In this document: one piece after another, positions 54,528 to 63,048 of the stretch
Layout of the letters: each line of letters begins with the position of its first letter
Numbering within the stretch: the first letter of the stretch is position 1
DNA from: an uncultured Gammaproteobacteria bacterium
GTDB taxonomy: Bacteria; Pseudomonadota; Gammaproteobacteria; Arenicellales; JAANXG01
Assembly (NCBI GenBank): GCA_947259705.1
Contig: CAMYNL010000013.1
Location: forward strand, 75,073 to 139,072
Reading direction: 5' to 3'
DNA length: 64,000 bases
Position numbers and translations under genes: made by a program
Notes under the pieces: generated by a model
What the model was told of the DNA's origin: nothing
The model's input: only the letters and a program-made list of their open reading frames with translations
Databases searched by the model: none

Positions 54528-55512
54528 AACGCAGTTTCTCCGTCACGACGTCGTTGATAACGAAGGGGTAGGCGTCACGCAGCCCCATGCTGCGGTTGAG
54601 TTCGTTTAACACCACGGCGAAGCGCCGCCAATCGTCCATCCAGGTTTCGACAAGGAAGGGCTCGTCGTCCAGTCGTATCAGCTCATGTGCCGCCGCCGTC
54701 TGCAGACAATCCGTAATGTGCAGGTAATGCGCCCAGGTCTCGGCCCAGTCCTCGTGGGGGTGGGCGGCGGCGTAGGCGCTCAAGTGGCGGTCGCGCCAGT
54801 CCGCAGCCGGCCCGGAGCCGTAATACCCTTCCAGGGCCGCGTCGTAATCGCTACGTTCGTCGCCGAATAACGAGCGAAACGCGTTCAGCGCGTCATCGTC
54901 GTTGATCAGGTAGTCGAAGTAGTAGTGCCCGCTCTCGTGCCGCAGATGGCCTAGCAGAGTACGGTACTGCTCGTTCATGTGCTTGCGGGCCATTGCCCGC
55001 AGTACGTCGTCGGCCTCGGTGACGTTGATGGTGATGATTCCGCCCTCGTGGCCAGTCACCACCCGTTCTTCCTCGACCGCCGGGTTGCCGCGACGGTCTT
55101 CGATGAAGTCGAACGCCAGGCCGAAGGGCCAGCCGCGGGCCTTGCTCTGAATGGGCAGCCCCAGTTCCAGCAGCGAAAACAACAACCTGCGTTTCGCCAC
55201 CTCCAGGCTGTTCCAGTATTCTTGGTTGGCCGGCGCAGTCAGGTTGGGGATGGTGCGGTTCAGGCGGCACGAGACGCAATACGCGTCGCGATCCTCGACC
55301 GTGACCAGCCAGTTGCAGTTGGAGAAATCGAGTCGGTTCTTGCAGTGGCGGAACCGGCGCCCGGCACTATCCGCCAGTACCCCGCCGTCAATCGTTAGCA
55401 GGGAGAGCAGATTGCGGGTGGCGGGGTCGAAACCGATCGTGGTGCCGCAGGCGAGGCATTCAGTGTTCTCGAAGAAGATTTGTTCGCCGCAGCGACAGCT
55501 AAACCGCTTCAT
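54484..55512 (-). CDS. Putative zinc-binding metallopeptidase with N-terminal zinc ribbon
   Basis: MKRFSCRCGEQIFFENTECLACG zinc ribbon and an HESGH (HExxH) motif. Its start overlaps the alpha-E gene end by 14 nt. Confidence 0.85.
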   Translation of the reverse strand: MKRFSCRCGEQIFFENTECLACGTTIGFDPATRNLLSLLTIDGGVLADSAGRRFRHCKNRLDFSNCNWLVTVEDRDAYCVSCRLNRTIPNLTAPANQEYWNSLEVAKRRLLFSLLELGLPIQSKARGWPFGLAFDFIEDRRGNPAVEEERVVTGHEGGIITINVTEADDVLRAMARKHMNEQYRTLLGHLRHESGHYYFDYLINDDDALNAFRSLFGDERSDYDAALEGYYGSGPAADWRDRHLSAYAAAHPHEDWAETWAHYLHITDCLQTAAAHELIRLDDEPFLVETWMDDWRRFAVVLNELNRSMGLRDAYPFVINDVVTEKLRFIHLRLAGVRRAAS

Positions 55513-56343
55513 GCAACTCCGGCAGGAACCAGGCCTCCGTGATCAGCCGGTGGACCTGTCCGAGTTCTTCCTGCAGTTCATCGAGGAACCGATGACTGTC
55601 CCCGCCTACCACCGCCGCGCTGTAGGTTTCCGCCACGATGCGTTCCAGGCGCGCCACCGCGCGCAGAGGGGCATCGTTGTGTGGCAGTTTTTCCAGACAG
55701 TCCTGGATCTGCAGCAGACTGTGGGCGAAGGCGCGGGGGAACCCGGTGTCGTGGAGCAGGAAGCCGAAAACGCTGTCACGGCGGATGCGGCGCCGTATGT
55801 TCTGCCGATACATCTGGTGGCCGCTCACCGCGCGCAGGACATTCATCCACAGACGGTTCTCCAGGCGCTCCAGTTCGCCGCCGGGGGCCACCAGGGTGGC
55901 GGAACCGACGTCCAGGATACGGGTGGTCATGTCGGCACGTTCCAGATTGCGGCCCAGGCGCACGAAATGATATCCGGCGCCGTGACTCATGGTGCCCGTC
56001 AGCAGCCCGGTGATCTGCTGGCAGTGCATGACGATGCTGGACATGACCTCGTGCAGGTTCTGGCGCAGTCCGCCGCCGCGGTGAGGCTGTTCAACAACGA
56101 ACCGGGGTTTCTCTCGTCCACCAGGACGAACTTGATGATGCGCTGCTCGCCCGCACGGTCATACGCCTTGCCAAACACTTCGCGGCTGCCGGTGATGTCG
56201 ATGACCTGACGCCAGTGCAGGCCCACACCCCTGGGCAGGTCCAGCATGAGGTTGCCGTACACGTTGATGATACGCGCAGTATTCTCCGCCCGTTCCAGAT
56301 ATCGCGCCATCCAGTACAGGCGCTCGGCTACGCGCGAAAGCAT
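55499..56343 (-). pseudogene. Alpha-E (DUF403) domain protein, split by one frameshift
   Basis: The N-terminal part (56343-~56085) reads MLSRVAERLYWMARYLERAENTARIINV...SLLNSLTAA. The rest (GGLRQNLHEVMSSIVMHCQQITGLLTGTMSHGAGYHFVRLGRNLERADMTTRILDV...) continues in another frame. The switch lies in the GCGGCGGCGG run near 56070-56085. Confidence 0.8.
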
Positions 56344-57794
56344 CAGGCGGGTTCCGTGTCCACGATCCAGGTGTCTTTGCTGCCGCCACCCTGAGACGAA
56401 TTGACCACCAGCGAGCCGCGCGTGAGCGCGACCCGGGTAAGGCCGCCCGCCGTCACGTAGCTGCGTTCACCCTGGAGTATGAATGGCCGCAGGTCGACGT
56501 GGCGGGGTTCCAGCCTTCCCTGGCACAAGGTGGGCGCGGTGGACAGGGAGAGCACCGGCTGCGCGATATAATTGCGCGGTGAGCGCTTGATCAGACCGGC
56601 AAACTTCTTGCGCTCCGCCGGCGTCGAGTGGGAGCCCACGAGCATGCCGTAGCCGCCGGACTCGTTGGCCGGCTTGACCACCAAGTCCTTCAGGTTGTTG
56701 ATAACGTACTCCCGTTGCTGCTTGTCCTGGCAGCGATAGGACGGCACGTTGGGGATGATCGGGTCCTGGTCCAGGTAATACTTTATGATGTCGGGGACAA
56801 ACGTATACACCACTTTGTCGTCGGCGACGCCGGCGCCTGGTGCGTTGGCCAGCGCCACCTTGCCGGCCTTCCAGGCGCGCAGCAGCCCGGGCACCCCCAG
56901 CGCGGAGTCGGGAACAAACGCGTCCGGATCCAGGAACTCGTCGTTGATGCGACGGTAAATCACGTCCACCTGCTGCGGTCCGTCAACCGTACGCATGTAA
57001 ACACAGTCGTCGTCGCCGACGGTCAAGTCACTACCCTCCACCAGTTCGGCGCCCATCTGCTGCGCCAGGTAGGAGTGTTCGAAATAGGCCGAGTTGTAGA
57101 TACCCGGGGTGAGTACGACTATCTCGGGATAGTCCAGCGGCCGGGGCGACAGCGACGCCAGCATGTCGAACAGGTGGGCCGGGTATTCGTCGACCGGCAG
57201 TATGCGTTGTTGACGGAACAGTTCCGGGAATACCCGTTTGGTCACGCTTCGGTTTTCGATCATGTACGACACACCCGAGGGCACGCGCAGATTGTCCTCC
57301 AGTACGTAAAAGGTTCCATCCTTGTCGCGTACCAGGTCGGAACCGCAGATGTGGGCCCAAACACCGTAACGGGGTTTGGCGCCGCGGCATTGCTTCAGGA
57401 AGTGTTTGGAGGTCTTGAGGATCGCGGTCGGAAATACCTTGTCCTTGACGATGCGCTGATCATTGTAGAGATCGTCGATGAACATATTGAGCGCGGTCAC
57501 CCGCTGTTCGAGACCTTCGGATACCTGCTTCCACTCTTTCAGGGAGATAATGCGGGGGATGATGTCGAACGGCCAGGCGCGGTCGATGTTTTCACCGTCG
57601 CTGTATACGGTGAAAGTGATCCCCATCTCGGCGATCGCCAGGTCCGCGGCGCGCTGACGGCGGTTCAACTGCTGGTCGCTCAGGGAGCGGAGATATTTCG
57701 CCAGCCCGCGCGAAGGCGCGCGCGCATAGCCGGGGGTACTGATGGTCTCATCATAGCATTCACCAGGTTTGTAACTGGTCCAGTCGATGCGCAT
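56343..57794 (-). CDS. Circularly permuted ATP-grasp type 2 protein (DUF404/DUF407)
   Basis: 483 aa with family-typical blocks (RPLDYPEIVVLTPGIYNSAYFEHSYLAQQMG, VDVIYRRINDEFLDP, ALANAPGAGVADDK). Its stop overlaps the alpha-E start (ATGA). Confidence 0.9.
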   Translation of the reverse strand: MRIDWTSYKPGECYDETISTPGYARAPSRGLAKYLRSLSDQQLNRRQRAADLAIAEMGITFTVYSDGENIDRAWPFDIIPRIISLKEWKQVSEGLEQRVTALNMFIDDLYNDQRIVKDKVFPTAILKTSKHFLKQCRGAKPRYGVWAHICGSDLVRDKDGTFYVLEDNLRVPSGVSYMIENRSVTKRVFPELFRQQRILPVDEYPAHLFDMLASLSPRPLDYPEIVVLTPGIYNSAYFEHSYLAQQMGAELVEGSDLTVGDDDCVYMRTVDGPQQVDVIYRRINDEFLDPDAFVPDSALGVPGLLRAWKAGKVALANAPGAGVADDKVVYTFVPDIIKYYLDQDPIIPNVPSYRCQDKQQREYVINNLKDLVVKPANESGGYGMLVGSHSTPAERKKFAGLIKRSPRNYIAQPVLSLSTAPTLCQGRLEPRHVDLRPFILQGERSYVTAGGLTRVALTRGSLVVNSSQGGGSKDTWIVDTEPA

Positions 57795-58024
57795 AGAGAC
57801 AGGGCCTTAGCGGATAGTGAGTTGGATCGACTGTAAGCGGTCATGGCAGGCTTCGCAAGCGCCACCGCTGGAGGTGCGGGGGCGCACCAGGCGGTCGCGT
57901 CATGCCGGGCGGGGAAGCGACGCCGCCACCGGTGAACGGATGGACCACGGCCGCAGTCCAAGCCGTGGGGGCGGATGGTTTTGGCGATGGTGCACGGTCG
58001 GAGACGGAAATCGAGTGGTGAGGA

Positions 58025-59308
58025 ATGAAGCAACAGGCTGAACGCCCCAAGGCGGCCGAACTGCGGGAGCGTGGCGGCTACAGCGTCGTGGACGGCAGTG
58101 CGCTGGCCGCTATGCTGCCGCGATGGCAGGGCGTCACGCGACCGCGGCCCGGGCCGCAGGCCGTGCTGGAAGCGGTGGTGCGCCTGCGCGGCGCGGCGCT
58201 GCCGTTCTCGGCGCTGGAGCGTGACATCCTGAGCGCCCGGGTGTTGGAGTATGCGCCGGAGTATCTGGACCGGCTCTGCGCTGACGGCATCATCACCTGG
58301 CAGGGTTGCGAACGCATCGGGGAACGCGACGGCCGTGTGGCGCTTTACCTGCGCGGCGACATGCCGGCACTGGGGCGGATCCGGGTGCCGGAAGCGGGGA
58401 AGCCCGCCGCCGCCATTCGCGATCTGCTGGCGCGGCAAGGCGGGATGCTGTTCGCCGAAATCACTGCAACGCTGGGCGGGTTTCCCCCTGACCTGCTGCG
58501 GGCGTTGTGGAGGCTGGTGTGGAACGGAGAGGCGAGCTGCGACACGCTGGCGCCGCTGCGCTCATTGCGCGGCATCCGTGGCCGGCGCAGGGCTCACAGG
58601 GCCGGATCACGGTCCCGTCGCGTCGCCGCAGCGGGATCCGACGGGCGCTGGTCTCTGATCGCGGGTCCTGATCGGGGTTTTGCCGCACCCGAGGCGCGCA
58701 TGGCGGCGCTCGCGCGGTCACTGCTCGACCGTTACGGGGTGCTGACGCGGGAGCTGATCACCGCCGAGGATGTTCCCGGCGGCATCGGCAGCCTGAGGCC
58801 GGCGCTGGAGCGGCTGGTGGATGCCGGCGAGCTGTGGCGCGGGGAGTTCATCGCCGGCGCGGGCGCTGAGCAGTACGCCCTGCCGGCGGCCTGCGCAAGC
58901 CTGCAACCATCGCAGTTGGATGATGACGTAGAGCTCGTCGTCCTGGCGGCCACCGATCCAGCCAATGCGTACGGCACCGCCCTGCGCTGGCCGCACACCG
59001 CGGCTGTGCTGAAACCGCAACGGGCGGCGGGCGCACGGGTGATACTGCTGGGAGGCGAGTTGCTCGCCTACCTCGATCGGACCGGCCATTCGCTGCTGAC
59101 ATTTGTCGATGAAACGGATCCGCGGCGGGGTCGCAAACTGGCCCGACTGGCCGGGGTGCTCGCGCGGTTGGCGCGAAACGGGGAGGCCCTGTTGATAGAA
59201 CAGGTGAACGACACCTCGCCGGACACGACGGCGCTGGGTGGCCCACTGCGCGAGGCAGGATTCAGGGCGTCGAGCCGGGGGCTGCTGTGTCGGCCGCGGC
59301 GGGACTGA
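58025..59308 (+). pseudogene. lhr: C-terminal ~420 aa of an Lhr-type large helicase (helicase core missing)
   Basis: LPRWQGV...LRGAALPFSALERDILSARVLEYAPEYLDRLCADGIITWQG...DGRVALYL, LRALWRLVWNGEASCDTLAPLRSL and LLDRYGVLTRELI...LERLVDAGELWRGEFIAGAGAEQYALP match the post-helicase WH/CTD regions of Lhr. No DEAH/RecA domains lie upstream; the ATP-grasp gene starts at 57794. Confidence 0.65.
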
Positions 59309-59468
59309 GCCGCCGTACCGGGTCACCGCGGCCCAGCTCGAGCAGGGGTGTTGGCGTGTTGATTGGCAGACGACAGCAAGCCCGCGCGCAGCGGCGCGTG
59401 CAGCCATGATGGGGACGGCGGGCCGTTCGTCGCGTTGCCGCGAGAAATGCCTTGCGTTTGCCAGCATA

Positions 59469-59516
59469 ACCCACTATCTTTGGTTCTGTGGCTGCTGGAA
59501 ACACTATATGTTGGGT
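59469..59516 (+). promoter_or_regulatory. Tandem NrdR boxes
   Basis: acCCACTATCTTTGGTt (59469-59485) and aaACACTATATGTTGGg (59499-59515) both resemble the acaCwAtATaTwgtgt NrdR consensus. Their cores are 30 bp apart, about 180 nt upstream of nrdJa. Confidence 0.6.
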
Positions 59517-59691
59517 TTCCGGTTCGAAGAGAGAAAATGAATCAAGAGGGCCCGGGCAACGACCCGGCAGGGCAGGCAGCGAGGGCAAAGGCAACGGTCG
59601 CGGGCAGGGGTAGGCCGCACGCGACCGGCTGCGAGATTCCGACGCCGCCCCGGGCTCCGCGCATGGCAGTACCGGGGAGGGGCTCGCGGCA

Positions 59692-61857
59692 GTGATGAAA
59701 AGTGTGCATGTCAACGTAACGACCAACGACAATAATACGACGCCGGGCATAGCCCTTCAGGATGCGTCCTACGACATCTGGGACAAGAAATACCGGCTGA
59801 AGACCAAGGAAGGCGTGGCCGTGGATGCGGATATCGACGACACATTCAAACGCGTCGCCGGTACGCTGGCGCAGGTCGAGGAAGGTGCGGAGCAGCAGGC
59901 ACACTGGGCCGAGCGGTTCCTGTGGGCGCTGCGTCACGGTGCCATTCCCGCGGGACGCATCACTTCAAACGCGGGTGCACTGGACCACAAGCCTGCCACC
60001 TCCACTATCAACTGCACGGTTTCCGGCACGGTTCGGGACTCCATGAAAGACATTCTCGGCAAGGTGCACGAGGCCGGTCTCACGCTCAAGGCGGGGTGTG
60101 GCATCGGTTACGAATTCTCCACGCTGCGACCCAAGGGGGCCTATGTATCAGGAGCGGGTGCCTATACCTCGGGACCGCTGTCGTTCATGGACATCTACGA
60201 CAAGATGTGTTTCACAGTATCCTCCGCCGGCGGTCGTCGCGGAGCACAGATGGCCACTTTTGACGTCGGCCACCCGGACGTCAAGGAGTTCATCCGTGCC
60301 AAGCGCGAGAATGGGCGCCTGCGTCAGTTCAACATGTCCTTGTTGATCTCCGAGGATTTCATCCACGCGGTGAAGCAGAATGCGATCTGGCACCTTGCCT
60401 TTCCGGTCACCGCTGCGGAAGCAGACAGCGAGGCCATGGATCTGGCGGACGCGGCGAACTATGTCTGGCGGGAGTGGCCGTACTCGGAAGGCTACGTCGT
60501 CAATGACGCGGGCCTGGTGGCCTGTAAGATCTACAGCACGGTGCCGGCGCGACGGCTGTGGGACATGATCATGGCCTCCACCTATGATTTCGCGGAGCCC
60601 GGGTTCATTCTGATCGACAAAGTCAACGAGATGAACAACAACTGGTTCTGCGAAAACATCCGTGCTACCAATCCCTGCGGCGAGCAGCCGCTGCCGGAAT
60701 ACGGCGCCTGCCTGCTGGGCTCGGTGAACCTGACCAAGTTTGTGCGCGAGCCGTTTACCGAGAACGCCAGGTTCGACTGGGACGAGTACCGCGAAGTCGT
60801 CGCGGTGTTCACACGTATGCTTGACAACGTGGTGGAGATCAACGGGCTGCCGCTCGGCAAGCAGCGCGACGAGATCATGCAGAAACGCCGCCATGGCATG
60901 GGTTTTCTGGGATTGGGCTCGACCCTCACCATGCTGAGAATGAAGTACGGATCACCGGAATCACTTGAATTCACGGAGCGGGTTAGCCGGGAGCTGGCGT
61001 TGACGGGGTGGCGCCAGTCGCTGGCGCTGGCGCGGGAAAAGGGCGCGGCGCCGATCATGGAACAGCAATTCACCATCACCCAGGATATGCTGCGTCGCCG
61101 GCCGGAGATGCGTCGCGACGGCTTCAAGGCCGGCGACAAAGTGGCGGGCAAGGTATTGCTCGCCCGCTACAGCCGCTACATGCAGCGGGTTGCCGAGGTG
61201 GAGCCCGAACTGGTCAATGAATTGGCTGCGGCCGGCGGCCGCTTCACCCACCACAGCTCCATTGCGCCGACGGGCACCATATCTCTGTCGCTGGGCAATA
61301 ACGCCAGCAACGGCATAGAGCCGAGTTTCGCACATATGTATTCGCGCAATGTCATCCGCGAAGGGCGTAAAACTAAGGAGAAAGTGGACGTTTATTCCTA
61401 CGAGTTGTTGGCATACCGCGAACTCGTTAATCCGGACGCGCAGCCGTATACGGACAATGTAGGGGAAATGCTGCCCGATTATTTCGTGACTGCGGAGGAT
61501 ATCAGGCCGACGCAACACGTTGACATCCAGGCCGCGGCGCAGAAGTGGGTAGATTCGTCTATTTCGAAGACCGCCAACGTGCCGACGGACTTTCCCTTCG
61601 AGGAGTTCAAGGACATATATATGTATGCCTATGAAAAAGGCCTCAAAGGATGCACCACTTTTCGTTTCAACCCCGAGGCATTTCAGGGCGTACTGGTCAA
61701 GACACAGGATCTGGAAAACACCGTGTACGAGTTCACGCTCGAGGACGGCTCCAAGGTGGCGGTACGCGGCAACGAGAACATTGAATATGACGGTGAAACC
61801 CATACCGCGGCCAATTTGTTCGATGCCTTGAAAGAGGGTTATTACGGAAAATTCTGA
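59692..61857 (+). CDS. nrdJ: Class II (adenosylcobalamin-dependent) ribonucleotide reductase, large N-terminal polypeptide NrdJa
   Basis: RNR barrel motifs (INCTVSG, NPCGEQPLPEYGACLLGSVNL, SIAPTGTISL, SKTANVP). It ends before the C-terminal region carried by the next ORF. ATG 59695 is the likely start. Confidence 0.9.
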   Translation: MMKSVHVNVTTNDNNTTPGIALQDASYDIWDKKYRLKTKEGVAVDADIDDTFKRVAGTLAQVEEGAEQQAHWAERFLWALRHGAIPAGRITSNAGALDHKPATSTINCTVSGTVRDSMKDILGKVHEAGLTLKAGCGIGYEFSTLRPKGAYVSGAGAYTSGPLSFMDIYDKMCFTVSSAGGRRGAQMATFDVGHPDVKEFIRAKRENGRLRQFNMSLLISEDFIHAVKQNAIWHLAFPVTAAEADSEAMDLADAANYVWREWPYSEGYVVNDAGLVACKIYSTVPARRLWDMIMASTYDFAEPGFILIDKVNEMNNNWFCENIRATNPCGEQPLPEYGACLLGSVNLTKFVREPFTENARFDWDEYREVVAVFTRMLDNVVEINGLPLGKQRDEIMQKRRHGMGFLGLGSTLTMLRMKYGSPESLEFTERVSRELALTGWRQSLALAREKGAAPIMEQQFTITQDMLRRRPEMRRDGFKAGDKVAGKVLLARYSRYMQRVAEVEPELVNELAAAGGRFTHHSSIAPTGTISLSLGNNASNGIEPSFAHMYSRNVIREGRKTKEKVDVYSYELLAYRELVNPDAQPYTDNVGEMLPDYFVTAEDIRPTQHVDIQAAAQKWVDSSISKTANVPTDFPFEEFKDIYMYAYEKGLKGCTTFRFNPEAFQGVLVKTQDLENTVYEFTLEDGSKVAVRGNENIEYDGETHTAANLFDALKEGYYGKF

Positions 61858-61904
61858 CCCGCTGGCGGGAGTTCGGCCGGTCATCATGCATAGAGGTCAA
61901 ACAG

Positions 61905-62603
61905 ATGTCGATCAAGATTGAAAAGCGGATTGTCGATTACCAGGTGATCCCGGAACTGCCGGAGGCGGAGCAGACGGTCGCGGGCGCGCAGGAAAAGCCC
62001 AAGGCCGATGTCATACATATGCATGAGCAGGTGGAACGCCCGGCCATGCTGCGCGGCTCCACTTACAAGATCAACAAGAATCCCGCCACCGATCATGCTC
62101 TGTACGTGACCATCAATGACATCGTGCTCAACGAAGGCACGGAGCATGAACTGCGGCGTCCGTTCGAGGTCTTCATCAACTCCAAGAACATGGATCACTT
62201 TCAGTGGATCGTGGCGTTGACCCGGATCATGTCCGCGGTGTTTCGCAAGGGTGGCGACGTGACGTTCCTGGTCGAGGAATTGCACGCGGTGTTCGATCCC
62301 AAGGGCGGTTACTTCCAGAAGGGCGGAAAGTACATCCCGTCACTGGTGGCTGAGCTGGGCGACATCATCGAGCGACATTTGAAATACATTGGGATGCTGG
62401 AAGAGAACGGGCTCGATCAGCGCCAGCAGCAGCACGTGCGCGAGGCGCGTGCCAAGTACGAGACCACCAAAGGCTTCGCCGCCTGCGACGATGAACAGTT
62501 TCCCGACACCGCGAACTGGTGCGGCAAGTGCAGCACCAAGGCGGTGGTGCAGATGGACGGCTGCATGACCTGCCTTAACTGCGGCGACTCGAAGTGCGCT
62601 TGA
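61905..62603 (+). CDS. nrdJ: Class II RNR C-terminal polypeptide NrdJb with terminal Cys-rich zinc ribbon
   Basis: RPAMLRGSTYKI....HALYVTINDI....FEVFINSKN and C-terminal CGKCSTKAVVQMDGCMTCLNCGDSKC. Lies 47 nt downstream of nrdJa, as in split nrdJab loci. Confidence 0.85.
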   Translation: MSIKIEKRIVDYQVIPELPEAEQTVAGAQEKPKADVIHMHEQVERPAMLRGSTYKINKNPATDHALYVTINDIVLNEGTEHELRRPFEVFINSKNMDHFQWIVALTRIMSAVFRKGGDVTFLVEELHAVFDPKGGYFQKGGKYIPSLVAELGDIIERHLKYIGMLEENGLDQRQQQHVREARAKYETTKGFAACDDEQFPDTANWCGKCSTKAVVQMDGCMTCLNCGDSKCA

Positions 62604-62647
62604 ACAACGGCTTCCTCCTCCTCAACGCAAGGACGCGGCAAGTCTTT

Positions 62648-62680
62648 CTCCCTCCCTCTTGCCATATCGGGGGGAGGGAG
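62648..62680 (+). terminator. GC-rich hairpin after nrdJb (9-bp stem CTCCCTCCC / GGGAGGGAG, 15-nt loop), no U-tract
   Basis: Inverted repeat read directly from the sequence, 45 nt after the nrdJb stop. Confidence 0.3.
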
Positions 62681-62765
62681 CAGGGACGGCAGGGGGAACG
62701 CGGCGCACTGCGGCGGTGCCGGTCTTCGGGGCCGCCAGGCCGAGCCGGGGCCCGGGAACCGGGTC

Positions 62766-63044
62766 ATGCTTGACATCCAGTTCCTGATCGGCGGGCGCAG
62801 GCTGGAACCGTGCTTTATCGGTGACAGCCCCGAGAAGACCGCGCTGCTCGATATCGCGCACCGGCTCAGGCAAAGGTTCCGGGCGATACGCATTCCCGAC
62901 CGGGAGGACCCGTTGCGGATCATTGTTCGCGGCGACGACATGAAACACCTGCACTGCGAGCTGCACGGAACACGTTCGGTCATGCGGCAGATCCAGGACA
63001 CGATGGGCATCGCCACCGCCCAGCGCCTGAACCTCGAAATCTGA
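62766..63044 (+). CDS. Small hypothetical protein (92 aa) immediately upstream of the dcd-like gene
   Basis: Strong GC3 codon bias typical of the real genes here. Its stop lies 4 nt before the next ATG. No family recognised. Confidence 0.45.
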   Translation: MLDIQFLIGGRRLEPCFIGDSPEKTALLDIAHRLRQRFRAIRIPDREDPLRIIVRGDDMKHLHCELHGTRSVMRQIQDTMGIATAQRLNLEI

Positions 63045-63048
63045 GCGG

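Noticed and set aside
59309-59691. Cobalamin riboswitch upstream of the B12-dependent nrdJ
   Set aside because: I could not find a B12-box-like core or the expected conserved helices. The leader instead contains NrdR-box-like repeats. B12 riboswitches normally control B12-independent alternatives, not nrdJ.
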